Part shown: positions 10,491 to 19,520 of the stretch, in pieces | How positions within the stretch are numbered: the stretch's first letter is position 1 | Layout: every line of letters starts with the position of its first letter | NCBI GenBank assembly: GCA_039934415.1 | Contig: JBDTME010000006.1 | Coordinates: 17,206-81,205 of the forward strand | DNA from: Patescibacteria group bacterium | Lineage (GTDB): Bacteria; Patescibacteriota; Microgenomatia; UBA1400; PJMF01 | Length of the DNA: 64,000 nt | Direction of reading: 5' to 3' | Program-made: the position numbers and the translations under genes | The notes under the pieces: model-generated | Database searches by the model: none | What the model saw: only the letters and a program-made list of their open reading frames with translations | Told to the model about the DNA's origin: nothing

Positions 10491-12899
10491 ATGGCGAAAA
10501 AACAACGCCCAAGTTTAACAAACCTCTACACCAAAGAGGTAAAAGTTGGTGAAAAGGTAATTACCCTCGAAGTGGGTCGCTTTAGCGAACAGGTCGAGGC
10601 TGCTGTCATGGCCAAATGTGGTGACACATGGGTGCACGTGACCTTAGCACTCGGTAAAGAAACTGCTTTGGGTTATTTCCCATTGCAAGTTGAGTATGTC
10701 GAAAAACTCTATGCTGCTGGAATGATTAAGGGATCTCGCTGGGTAAAGCGTGACGGTCGTCCAACTGAGGATGCAGTCCTTCGTGGTCGTGTCATCGATC
10801 GTACCCTTCGACCATTATTTGCTGAAGGTTTAACACGAGAAGTTCAAGTTATCTGTACCGTTTTATCCGCTGATGGAATCAACGATCCAGATATGGTTGC
10901 ACTTGTCGGAGCAGCCGCAGCAGTTGAAATTTCTTCTATCCCATTTGATGGTCCAGTCGCAGGTTTGCGTATTGGCTACAACATTGCCGAAAAGAAATTC
11001 GTTTACAATCCAACTTTCACTGAAAAAGAAACCAGTGATATGGATTTGATTTTATGTGGAAATGCAGATGCCATCGTGATGGTTGAAGCAGGTGCCAAAG
11101 AAATTTCAGAAGAAGTCATGATCGAGGCTTTTGATAAAGGTCAGGCTCAACTGTCAGAAATGGCAAAATCCATTAAAGAGATGGGTGAGGAAATTGGTAA
11201 AGAAAAATTCACCTTTATCCCAGAAGAAGAGCACGTAGAACTGCAAGCAGCGTTGAACAAGAAGTACGCCAAAAAAATTGCAGAGATGGTTGTGTTAGAA
11301 GGCAAACTTTTACCATTTGACCTCGATGTACTCGTCGCTGAAGTGAAAGTTGAGCGCGAAGATCTCGAAGAAAACGATATCAAGCACGCCTTTTACAACT
11401 TAATGAGAACCGAAGGTCGTCGCATGATCATTGAAGACGGGATCCGTCCAGATGACCGCAAGACAACTGAGATTCGTCCAATCACCGTTGCTGTTGACGT
11501 TCTTCCAATGACCCATGGTAGTGCTATGTTCAAACGAGGAGCAACTCAAGCACTCACGATCACTACTTTAGGTTCTCCATCTCTTGGTCAATTGATCGAA
11601 GACATGGAAGGTGAGCAAGTTCGTCACTATATTCATCACTACAACATGCCTCCATATGCTTCTGGTGAAGCTGGACGCATTGGCTATCCAAAACGCCGAG
11701 AAATCGGACACGGTGCTCTTGCAGAACGTGCATTGTTCCCAATGCTGCCAACTCAGGAAGAGTTTCCATATACCATTCAGGTTGTTTCTGAAATCATGAG
11801 TTCCAATGGCTCGACTTCCCAAGCTTCTGTTTGTGGATCGACAATGTCACTCATGGCTGCCGGTGTCCCAATCAAACGACCAGTTGCAGGTATTGCAATG
11901 GGTCTGATGACTGATGGTAAAGGCAAGTACGTTGTCTTGTCTGACATCCAAGGTTTGGAAGATCACGTTGGAGACATGGACTTCAAAGTTGCTGGAACCA
12001 CGGTTGGTATCACTGCCATGCAGATGGATATCAAGATCAAAGGGATCCCAATGGACGTGATGAAAAAAGCACTTGGTCAGGCCCGAGAAGGTCGACTCTT
12101 CATCTTGGATAAGATGTTGGCTTGTATCGCTGAACCACGTAAAACTGTTTCAACCTTGGCGCCTAAAGTTCAACAATTGTCCATCCCGGGTGACCGAATT
12201 GGAGAATTGATTGGTCCAGGAGGAAAGGTCATTAAAAATATCATTGCTGTTACCGGTGCTCAAGTTGACGTCGATGAAGCAGATGGTAAAGGAATTGTAA
12301 ATATTTCTTCCGATGACCAAGCCAAAATCGATCAAGCGTTTAAGTGGATTTCGGACATGATGCGTGTGTTGACCGTTGGTGAAGAGTTCGATGGATTAGT
12401 GACTCGGGTCGAAGGATACGGAGCTTTTGTCGAGTTCCTTCCAGGACGTGAAGGATTAGTCCACGTTTCAACGATGGCAACTGAGTTCGTTCGAGATGCC
12501 CATGATATGGTCAACCTCGGGGACAATGTTCACGTTAGAATTGCCGGTATCGATGAAGAAGGCAAGATCAAACTATCGATGTTAACTCCAGAACAAGAAG
12601 AGCAGGCTCGTCAAAACCGACCTCCTCGTCCAGAAGGTGGAGATCGAGGTGGATTTAGCGGTGGCAGTCGCGGAGGTTTCAGTGGAGGCGATCGAGGTGG
12701 AAGTAGAGGCGGATTTGGTGGAAACCGAGGTGGCAGTGGCCGCAGTTTTGGTGGCGGTGATCGCGGAGGCAGCCGAGGCGGCTTCAGCGGTGGTGACCGA
12801 GGTGGCAGTCGTGGAGGTAGTACCGGCCGCAGTTTCACTCCCCGAAATGATCGTGCACCAGCATCAAAAGATAGCTTTTCACAAAAATCATTTGAGTGA
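10491..12899 (+). CDS. pnp: Polynucleotide phosphorylase (PNPase) with a C-terminal Gly/Arg-rich (RGG) tail
   Basis: Two RNase PH domains, KH and S1, then about 95 aa of GGDRGG/SRGGFSGG repeats. A roughly 300-nt 5' leader precedes it. Confidence 0.95.
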   Translation: MAKKQRPSLTNLYTKEVKVGEKVITLEVGRFSEQVEAAVMAKCGDTWVHVTLALGKETALGYFPLQVEYVEKLYAAGMIKGSRWVKRDGRPTEDAVLRGRVIDRTLRPLFAEGLTREVQVICTVLSADGINDPDMVALVGAAAAVEISSIPFDGPVAGLRIGYNIAEKKFVYNPTFTEKETSDMDLILCGNADAIVMVEAGAKEISEEVMIEAFDKGQAQLSEMAKSIKEMGEEIGKEKFTFIPEEEHVELQAALNKKYAKKIAEMVVLEGKLLPFDLDVLVAEVKVEREDLEENDIKHAFYNLMRTEGRRMIIEDGIRPDDRKTTEIRPITVAVDVLPMTHGSAMFKRGATQALTITTLGSPSLGQLIEDMEGEQVRHYIHHYNMPPYASGEAGRIGYPKRREIGHGALAERALFPMLPTQEEFPYTIQVVSEIMSSNGSTSQASVCGSTMSLMAAGVPIKRPVAGIAMGLMTDGKGKYVVLSDIQGLEDHVGDMDFKVAGTTVGITAMQMDIKIKGIPMDVMKKALGQAREGRLFILDKMLACIAEPRKTVSTLAPKVQQLSIPGDRIGELIGPGGKVIKNIIAVTGAQVDVDEADGKGIVNISSDDQAKIDQAFKWISDMMRVLTVGEEFDGLVTRVEGYGAFVEFLPGREGLVHVSTMATEFVRDAHDMVNLGDNVHVRIAGIDEEGKIKLSMLTPEQEEQARQNRPPRPEGGDRGGFSGGSRGGFSGGDRGGSRGGFGGNRGGSGRSFGGGDRGGSRGGFSGGDRGGSRGGSTGRSFTPRNDRAPASKDSFSQKSFE

Positions 12900-12923
12900 G
12901 CTTTAAAATAAAAACTTAAATAA

Positions 12924-12956
12924 AGACCTTTCCAAACTTGTTTGGAAGGGTCTTTT
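12924..12956 (+). terminator. Rho-independent terminator after pnp
   Basis: AGACCTTTCCAAA-loop-TTTGGAAGGGTCT hairpin followed by TTTT. Confidence 0.65.
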
Positions 12957-13015
12957 AGTATTCTGTTCCAATTTTTCAGCTTGCTAATACAAGCTAAATT
13001 GATCACAATGGATTA

Positions 13016-13894
13016 ATGAAACTTTCCACTTTGCAAACCAAAAATAATCACTTTACGATCAGTGCTTTTGATCATCGTTCCAGTCTCGTGAAATTACTAG
13101 GATTAGATGAAACAGATGAAGAGCGATTAAAACAGCAGATGATCGAAGTAAAGTCATTGTTCATGAAGATTTTCTCTCCGATAAGTAGTGGGGTGTTGAC
13201 CGATCCCATTTATGGATTGGATACGCTAGAAGACAAGGCGAAATCGTGTGGATTACTGATGTCGTTGGAAGAGTCAGGATATGATGCTGACAAAACAGAG
13301 TTGCCAAAATTACTACCGAATTGGGGCATCAAAGGCATTAAAGAGCATGGCTCTTCTGCCAAAATGTTGTTATATTTTAATCCAAAAGAGAAAGCTGCAA
13401 TGTTGAAAAAAGAGTTGATTGTTCAACTCTATGCATTGGCCAAAAAGGAAGATATCCCTTTCTTACTGGAACTCGTGTTATTTCCACTTGAAGATGAAGC
13501 TGAGTTTAAAAAAGACTGGCACACCTTGCAACTGGAGTCGGTTGGTATTTTTCAAGGTTTGTGTGACGTGCTGAAGATTGAATACCCAGGTTTACATGCA
13601 TCATCAGAAGAACATGCGAGTTTGTTTTGCGAAATGATTTCCAAAGCCACAGCTGTGCCATGGATTATTCTCTCCAGGGGGATGAAGTACGAGTTATTTT
13701 TCCAAGCATTGAAAATCTCAATGGATAAAGGGGCTGCTGGTTTTGCTGTGGGTCGTGCAGTTTGGCAAGAGATTGACAATTACTCTCTGGAAAAAACAGG
13801 TAGCTGGCAAGAAAGTCTGACACAGATGCAAGATTTTTTGGAAAATATTGCTGTTGGGAGATTAGAAGGACTCATTGAGCTAGTCGAGAAATAA
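13016..13894 (+). CDS. Class I aldolase of the LacD/tagatose-1,6-bisphosphate aldolase family (possible FBP aldolase)
   Basis: Blocks AFDHRSSL, DPIYGL, CGLLMSLEESGYD, DIPFLLELV, DVLKIEYPG and GFAVGRAVW align with LacD motifs AFDQRGAL/DPEYGL/CGLLLAYEKTGYD/DIPFFLEVL/DVLKVEVP/GVLCGRATW. Confidence 0.7.
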   Translation: MKLSTLQTKNNHFTISAFDHRSSLVKLLGLDETDEERLKQQMIEVKSLFMKIFSPISSGVLTDPIYGLDTLEDKAKSCGLLMSLEESGYDADKTELPKLLPNWGIKGIKEHGSSAKMLLYFNPKEKAAMLKKELIVQLYALAKKEDIPFLLELVLFPLEDEAEFKKDWHTLQLESVGIFQGLCDVLKIEYPGLHASSEEHASLFCEMISKATAVPWIILSRGMKYELFFQALKISMDKGAAGFAVGRAVWQEIDNYSLEKTGSWQESLTQMQDFLENIAVGRLEGLIELVEK

Positions 13895-13951
13895 AGAATT
13901 TGTTATACTGTCTTCATCACTTATTAGGTGTTATTCACATTTGGAGTCACT

Positions 13952-14254
13952 ATGTCAGGCAAAGCAACGCAATGGATTCAAATCGCACAAACATTATTAG
14001 CGTTGGTGATTGGTTTGATCGAAATCATTTTAATTTTCCGATTCATCTTGCGGTTGCTCAATGCGAGTCCATCAGCAGAGATTGTGAGTTGGGTGCTGGT
14101 GAACTCTGCGCCATTTTTGCGACCATTCGCATTCGCCTTTACTCCATTTATTTTGCCTGGAGGATTTGCAATTGAGTTCACTACTTTGTTTGCAATTTTT
14201 GCCTATGCTGTAATTGGCTATGTAATTCGTGAAGCGTTGAATATGATGAAGTGA
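13952..14254 (+). CDS. YggT-family small membrane protein
   Basis: Two TM helices with a YggT-like SW(V/I)...P...P(G)G pattern. GGAG RBS 7 nt upstream of the chosen ATG. Confidence 0.55.
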   Translation: MSGKATQWIQIAQTLLALVIGLIEIILIFRFILRLLNASPSAEIVSWVLVNSAPFLRPFAFAFTPFILPGGFAIEFTTLFAIFAYAVIGYVIREALNMMK

Positions 14255-14839
14255 TCAAATCAGCGTCATCTGCATGCCTTCTTCTTTTTCTGATTTAAAT
14301 GAAAAGTCGACGGGTGTTTCGATAAGGCGATTCCATTTATTCTTATATTTTAGTTTTCCAAACTTCATTCCGTAATCATAGATATCTCGGGTAATTGCTA
14401 CATCCATCAGACAATACTCTTTGAGTTTATCAAGTTGGCCGGATTCGTAGTATTTGATGGCATCAAGCCCATCCCCACTTTTGCCTTTTCCCAGAGTCTC
14501 TTTGGCGATAATATCAAGTTTAATGCGGTGTCCGGTAGCATCCTTAAACCTTGCCAGAAGATCAAGCGATGGGAATTTCAAAATCGCTTCAGAATAATAT
14601 GGAACGAGTGCTGGAATGTCGAAGTGATCACTGTTAAAACCAATTAACATATCTGCTTGTTCAAACAGAGGAAACATTTGTTCGAGTTCATGCTCAAAAA
14701 ATCCCAACATCTCACCGTCACCGTGCATCGAATCACGGACACAAACTCCCACAAAAGAAACTCCTAATTTTTCAGGAAAATTCCCGTCCACTTGATTGAA
14801 TGTCCGCTTGGTTTCGATGTCAAAAATAATTTGTTTCAT
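14255..14839 (-). CDS. RNase H-fold DEDDy-type 3'-5' exonuclease (PolB-exo/YprB-like)
   Basis: Exo I FDIET, Exo II FNSDHFDIP and Exo III YCLMD motifs in the right order and spacing. Confidence 0.6.
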   Translation of the reverse strand: MKQIIFDIETKRTFNQVDGNFPEKLGVSFVGVCVRDSMHGDGEMLGFFEHELEQMFPLFEQADMLIGFNSDHFDIPALVPYYSEAILKFPSLDLLARFKDATGHRIKLDIIAKETLGKGKSGDGLDAIKYYESGQLDKLKEYCLMDVAITRDIYDYGMKFGKLKYKNKWNRLIETPVDFSFKSEKEEGMQMTLI

Positions 14840-14883
14840 GATAATAGATGTTTATTATATCGAATTCAATCAAAAAAAAAGAA

Positions 14884-14915
14884 ATGCCCCAGAAAGAGGG
14901 GCAATCTCACCTGCC
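14884..14915 (-). terminator. Intrinsic terminator oriented on the minus strand, lying in the divergent intergenic region
   Basis: GCCCCTCTTTCTGGGGC hairpin followed by a U-rich run (ATTTCTTTTTTTTT) when read on the minus strand. There is no U-run on the plus strand. Confidence 0.55.
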
Positions 14916-15177
14916 AATTAGGGCAGGTCGGACGTTGGAAGGCTTTACTTACTATAGAAGCTTTAGTGAAGGTGACGCAACACAAAGAAGAGGCGAAGAG
15001 AATCTAGATATACGAGAATTATTACGCTCAGTCGTATGGAGATGCTATATTTATAGCCTAGTTTTAGCCTATATATTAGGCTAATTCTAGTCCAATCCTA
15101 GTACATTTTTATAGTGACATCATCCCAGGTGGCGGGGCATCCTTCACTAGTTCCTGCTGAGAGCTTATAATCCTTTC

Positions 15178-15711
15178 ATGTCCGATCTTCAGAACTTCCA
15201 TGCCAAGATTTGTTTCACGGCTGCTGCCTGGTTACTACACGATGAGAAAGTGCTATTAGTACATCATAAAAAATTAGATATTTGGTTGGCGCCAGGTGGA
15301 CACGTCGAAGAACAAGAACTACCCCATCAAACGGCTGAACGTGAATTTTGGGAGGAAACTGGCATTCGAGCAAAAGCGATTTCACAGCAAGAATTTGGAG
15401 TTGATGAAGCGACTGAATTTTTACCCAATCCAATTGCTTCCAATCTGCATTGGGTGTGTAAAGAGAACTATTGGTTGCGACAAGGAATTGGAAAATCAGA
15501 AGATGTACCAGAAGGTTGGCGCAAACGGAAGTGTGAGCAACATTTAGGATTGTCATATCTAGTGTATCCAACAAATGGAGTGGAGTTCCGACAGGATGTT
15601 GAAGAAACTTTGGGAATTGGCTGGTTTGGTCCAGAAGAGTTGGCAGATTTGCAAACACTTGATAACATCCGAGCGGAAGCGAAGTTTGTATTTGAACACT
15701 ATCCGCGATAA
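15178..15711 (+). CDS. NUDIX hydrolase
   Basis: Nudix box GGHVEEQELPHQTAEREFWEETGI. Confidence 0.8.
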   Translation: MSDLQNFHAKICFTAAAWLLHDEKVLLVHHKKLDIWLAPGGHVEEQELPHQTAEREFWEETGIRAKAISQQEFGVDEATEFLPNPIASNLHWVCKENYWLRQGIGKSEDVPEGWRKRKCEQHLGLSYLVYPTNGVEFRQDVEETLGIGWFGPEELADLQTLDNIRAEAKFVFEHYPR

Positions 15712-15774
15712 AAAAAACACTCGAAATGGTACAATACTACCTCTGGGTTATACATTACTATTAGGACAGTCAAC

Positions 15775-16518
15775 ATGTTGTCAATTTCAAATCTCCAAGT
15801 TTCAGTTAACGAAAAACCAATTTTGATGGGTGTTGATTTAGACGTCAAGCCAGGTGAAGTTCACGCAATCATGGGACCAAATGGATCTGGTAAATCAACT
15901 TTAGCCTACTCCCTTGCTGGTCATCCATTTTATGAAATTACGAAAGGGAAGGTAACCCTTGATGGTGATGATGTGTTAGTCAAAGCTCCTGATGAACGCG
16001 CGAATGCAGGTTTATTTCTCGCTTTCCAATATCCAGTCGAAGTTGCTGGCGTCAAAGTGAATCATTTTTTGCGTCTGGCGTATGAGGCACGTTTTGCCGG
16101 ACAGCCTGAGAAAAAATTCCCAACAGTTTTAGCTTTTCGGAAGCATCTAGAGAGTTTGGCCGATGAATTACAAGTCAATAAAGATTTATTAAAACGTGGA
16201 CTGAACGAGGGCTTCAGTGGTGGTGAAAAAAAACGCGTTGAGATTTTGCAGATGGCTGTATTAGAGCCTAAGTATGCTATTTTGGATGAAACTGATTCAG
16301 GATTAGACGTTGACGCGATTAAGGCAGTGTCTGCCGGAGTTAAAAAAATTATTGAAAAATATAACACCGGGATTATCGTCATCACACATTATCAGCGCAT
16401 CTTGAAATATCTCGAGCCAGAATTCGTGCACGTCATGGTCAAAGGAAAAATTGTGAAATCTGGCGGACGCGATTTCGCACAAGAATTGGAAAGTGAAGGA
16501 TACAAGAAGTTTGTTTGA
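15775..16518 (+). CDS. sufC: Fe-S cluster assembly ATPase SufC
   Basis: ABC ATPase with Walker A GPNGSGKST, signature FSGGEKKR and a SufC-like C-terminus. Confidence 0.9.
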   Translation: MLSISNLQVSVNEKPILMGVDLDVKPGEVHAIMGPNGSGKSTLAYSLAGHPFYEITKGKVTLDGDDVLVKAPDERANAGLFLAFQYPVEVAGVKVNHFLRLAYEARFAGQPEKKFPTVLAFRKHLESLADELQVNKDLLKRGLNEGFSGGEKKRVEILQMAVLEPKYAILDETDSGLDVDAIKAVSAGVKKIIEKYNTGIIVITHYQRILKYLEPEFVHVMVKGKIVKSGGRDFAQELESEGYKKFV

Positions 16519-16581
16519 TCAATTAATACATAGGGTGATAGTTGTCTGTGAATTAGAAATTAAAACGTAAAGAATATACAC

Positions 16582-18006
16582 ATGTCTCGTTTTGCAGCAA
16601 AAAAAACTACAGGATTTGATACTACTACCGAAAACTACTCGGCGGGTTTCTCATACTCTACAAAAGGTTACTCACACATCATCAAACCTGGTTTGAATGA
16701 GCATGTGGTCAAAGAAATTTCAGGGATTAAGAATGAGCCAGAGTGGATGTTAAAACTACGTCTCAAAGCATATGAGCAATTTGTATCTAAACCTACTCCA
16801 CAATGGGGAGGCGATTTAAACTCGATTAATTATGACAAGATTCGGTATTACATGAGTGCCTCAGATGGCCAAAAAAAATCTTGGGATGACGTGCCCAAAG
16901 AAGTAAAAGCGACCTTTGAAAAATTGGGAATTCCTGAAGCAGAACGAACGGTTCTCGCTGGCGTTAAAGCACAGTATGATTCTGAAGTCGTTTATGGATC
17001 ATTGCTCGATGTATGGGCAAAGGATGGGGTCGTTTTCTTGTCTATGGATGAAGGATTGGCCAAGTACCCAGAACTAGTAAAAGAATATTTTGGTAAAGTA
17101 ATTCCAAGTGGTGACAATAAATTTTCAGCTTTGAATACTGCGACATGGTCTGGCGGTTCCTTTGTGTACATCCCAAAGGGAGTAGAAGTCAAAATGCCGT
17201 TGCAGACCTACTTTCGGATCAACGCCCCCAATGCTGGTCAATTTGAGCGAACACTAATCATTGTGGATGAAGGGGCAAAAGTTCATTACATTGAAGGTTG
17301 CACCGCACCGAGTTTTTCTTCAGGCTCTTTGCATTCAGCAGTCGTGGAAATTTTTGTCAAAAAAGGTGCGCGGTGTCAGTACACTACTGTTCAGAACTGG
17401 TACAAAAATGTCTATAACTTAGTGACGAAGCGTGCTTGGGTAGAAGAAGAAGGTGAGATGATCTGGACCGATTTTAATATGGGTTCAAAATTAACAATGA
17501 AATATCCCGGATTCATTTTAGCTGGCAAAGGTGCCAAAGGTGAAACATTGTCGATGGCGATGGCAGGAGCAGGTCAGCACCAAGATACCGGGTCGAAAGC
17601 AACACATCTTGCTCCATACACAAGTTCAACTATCATCTCAAAATCGATCAGTAAGGATGGTGGACGCACGAGTTATCGTGGCATGATCAATGTGGGCCCA
17701 CTCGCTCATGGTTCCAAAAACACAGTGATCTGTGATGCGCTCTTACTTGACCCGCTTTCTCGTTCGGATACATATCCGACCGATCGCATTTTCAACTCTG
17801 ACGTAGAAATTCAACACGAAGCTACTGTGTCCAGAATTGGTGACGAGCAACTGTTTTACTTAATGAGTCGTGGCATGAAAGAAGAAGATAGTCGCAAGAT
17901 GATTGTGAATGGTTTCGTTGATGATTTAGTCAAAAAATTACCGATGGAGTACGCTGTTGAAATGAATCGACTAATTGATCATGAGATGGAAGGAAGTATC
18001 GGATAG
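16582..18006 (+). CDS. sufB: Fe-S cluster assembly protein SufB
   Basis: 474 aa; SufB/SufD beta-helix core with a SufB-type N-terminus. Confidence 0.9.
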   Translation: MSRFAAKKTTGFDTTTENYSAGFSYSTKGYSHIIKPGLNEHVVKEISGIKNEPEWMLKLRLKAYEQFVSKPTPQWGGDLNSINYDKIRYYMSASDGQKKSWDDVPKEVKATFEKLGIPEAERTVLAGVKAQYDSEVVYGSLLDVWAKDGVVFLSMDEGLAKYPELVKEYFGKVIPSGDNKFSALNTATWSGGSFVYIPKGVEVKMPLQTYFRINAPNAGQFERTLIIVDEGAKVHYIEGCTAPSFSSGSLHSAVVEIFVKKGARCQYTTVQNWYKNVYNLVTKRAWVEEEGEMIWTDFNMGSKLTMKYPGFILAGKGAKGETLSMAMAGAGQHQDTGSKATHLAPYTSSTIISKSISKDGGRTSYRGMINVGPLAHGSKNTVICDALLLDPLSRSDTYPTDRIFNSDVEIQHEATVSRIGDEQLFYLMSRGMKEEDSRKMIVNGFVDDLVKKLPMEYAVEMNRLIDHEMEGSIG

Positions 18007-18009
18007 AGT

Positions 18010-18906
18010 ATGTCAGAACAAAAAGAAGATAGAAATCTAGGCAAAAAAGAAGGTAGTCATAGATTGTCTTGGTTACATGATTTGTCAGAAAAACTGGGAG
18101 GCAATGAGTCTGAAGATTTTCAAGCTGTACTAGTTTTTTTTAAGGAGCTTGAAAAACCTACCTTTGATATAGACAAGCAGAATGAGAGTCGTCAAAAGGT
18201 AATGGTGCTAAAGGGTATTCTTTTGGCTGCCGATGCACGAGGTACCGATGTGAATTTAGGTGGTTTTGAAGGGGAGACGAGGGAGTTTCTAGCAGCTGAT
18301 GTCAATCAGGAAGTTTGGCTTGATTTTTTAAAGATTCTATTAAGACATAAAGAAAATTTTCAATATCAGATAGCGGTATTCGCATCGTTAATGAAAGATC
18401 CCCAAGTTGCCCAAGAATTATTTCCAGAGGCGACTTTACTAAAGAGCGAATACCAAATCGTTTTGTCCCACAAACATTGGGATCTTTGTGATAAGTCTGA
18501 AAGAAGACTGGATTTATCATTGACGCACGGGGCAGTTTTAAATGTTGACGGATTTCTGTTGATTAAATTTTTTGGCAGATTTACTGCATTATGCTTAAAA
18601 GATAGTATTAGCTCAAACGGAAATGTTTTTATAAAAGGGTGTTTTTACACACCCGTAGACTCTAATATTAGAGAAGATATTAAAAATAGATTTTATACTA
18701 ATTCAAGTCGAGATATCAAATTAAATAATCCAGAACAATGGTTGCTTATGAGACCATTGGAATTGTCAGATCAGTCAACTGATTCTTACTTAGATGAAAT
18801 TGAGAAAAAATTGCAGAAATTATCCCAGACCTTACCAGCTAGAATAATGGGAAAGTCAAGAAAAGATGCTGCAAGTGAATTTTACGAAGACGAAATAGGT
18901 AATTAA
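18010..18906 (+). CDS. Hypothetical protein, possibly a diverged N-terminal portion of a split SufD
   Basis: It occupies the sufD position right after sufB and has weak VFVDG-like similarity (AVLNVDGFLL). It is in a different frame from the next ORF. Confidence 0.3.
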   Translation: MSEQKEDRNLGKKEGSHRLSWLHDLSEKLGGNESEDFQAVLVFFKELEKPTFDIDKQNESRQKVMVLKGILLAADARGTDVNLGGFEGETREFLAADVNQEVWLDFLKILLRHKENFQYQIAVFASLMKDPQVAQELFPEATLLKSEYQIVLSHKHWDLCDKSERRLDLSLTHGAVLNVDGFLLIKFFGRFTALCLKDSISSNGNVFIKGCFYTPVDSNIREDIKNRFYTNSSRDIKLNNPEQWLLMRPLELSDQSTDSYLDEIEKKLQKLSQTLPARIMGKSRKDAASEFYEDEIGN

Positions 18907-18920
18907 TAAATAATGTAATT

Positions 18921-19445
18921 ATGAAGTCACTAAAAGAAGAACAAGCCAAAGTATTTAAAATAAAGAGTGTTTCTCCTACACCAATCATCATCAGTGGAAC
19001 CGGGAAGTATTTGGTGGAGATTCTCAAAGAAGGCGCACACGCCGAGATTCAAGGCTCTTTTTTAACTACAGGAAGTGAAGAGGTAGATATTGAAATTTTG
19101 ATAGTGCACAAAGTTCCCCACACGACAGCAAAAACGACGCTGAAAGGTGTGGCTCGAGATAAAAGCAAGATTCGTTTCTTGGGGAGGATTATTATCGAGG
19201 AAGGGTGTGGTGATACTAACTCATTTTTAGAAGAGCGAATTTTATTGCTCTCTGATCAAGCCAAAGCCGAAGCTGTGCCAGAGTTGGAGATCTTAGCTGA
19301 CGATGTAAAATGTTCACACGCAGCCACAATTAGTAATATTCCAAAAGAACATTTATTTTACCTGCAAAGCCGTGGCCTTTCTAAGACGGTTGCAGAAGAT
19401 GCAATTGTTGAAGGTTTTTTAAAATTGCCTGAAGCTAAGAATTAA
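18921..19445 (+). CDS. sufD: SufD C-terminal (SufBD-family) domain protein
   Basis: LEILADDVKCSHAATISNIPKEHLFYLQSRGL matches the SufD C-terminal signature (EIYADDVKCSHGATVG..EQLFYLRSRGI). At 174 aa it is too short for a complete SufD. Confidence 0.65.
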   Translation: MKSLKEEQAKVFKIKSVSPTPIIISGTGKYLVEILKEGAHAEIQGSFLTTGSEEVDIEILIVHKVPHTTAKTTLKGVARDKSKIRFLGRIIIEEGCGDTNSFLEERILLLSDQAKAEAVPELEILADDVKCSHAATISNIPKEHLFYLQSRGLSKTVAEDAIVEGFLKLPEAKN

Positions 19446-19520
19446 AGTTTTGTCCTAAAATTTGATCTTCTTATTAAGAAATTATAACATTTTTAACGAG
19501 ACTATATTTGCATTCATCGT

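Noticed and set aside
12611-13006. 131-aa minus-strand ORF with PPRSPP/LKPPRLPP repeats
   Set aside because: It is the antisense shadow of the GGDRGG repeat tail of pnp and lies entirely within a well-supported gene.
14916-14945. Possible SRP RNA domain IV (CAGGTCGGA…GGAAGG) on the plus strand
   Set aside because: It lacks the GGAA tetraloop hairpin geometry and the conserved AGCAGC flank. It is also followed by neither a terminator nor a plausible 100 or 270-nt fold, so this is a chance resemblance.
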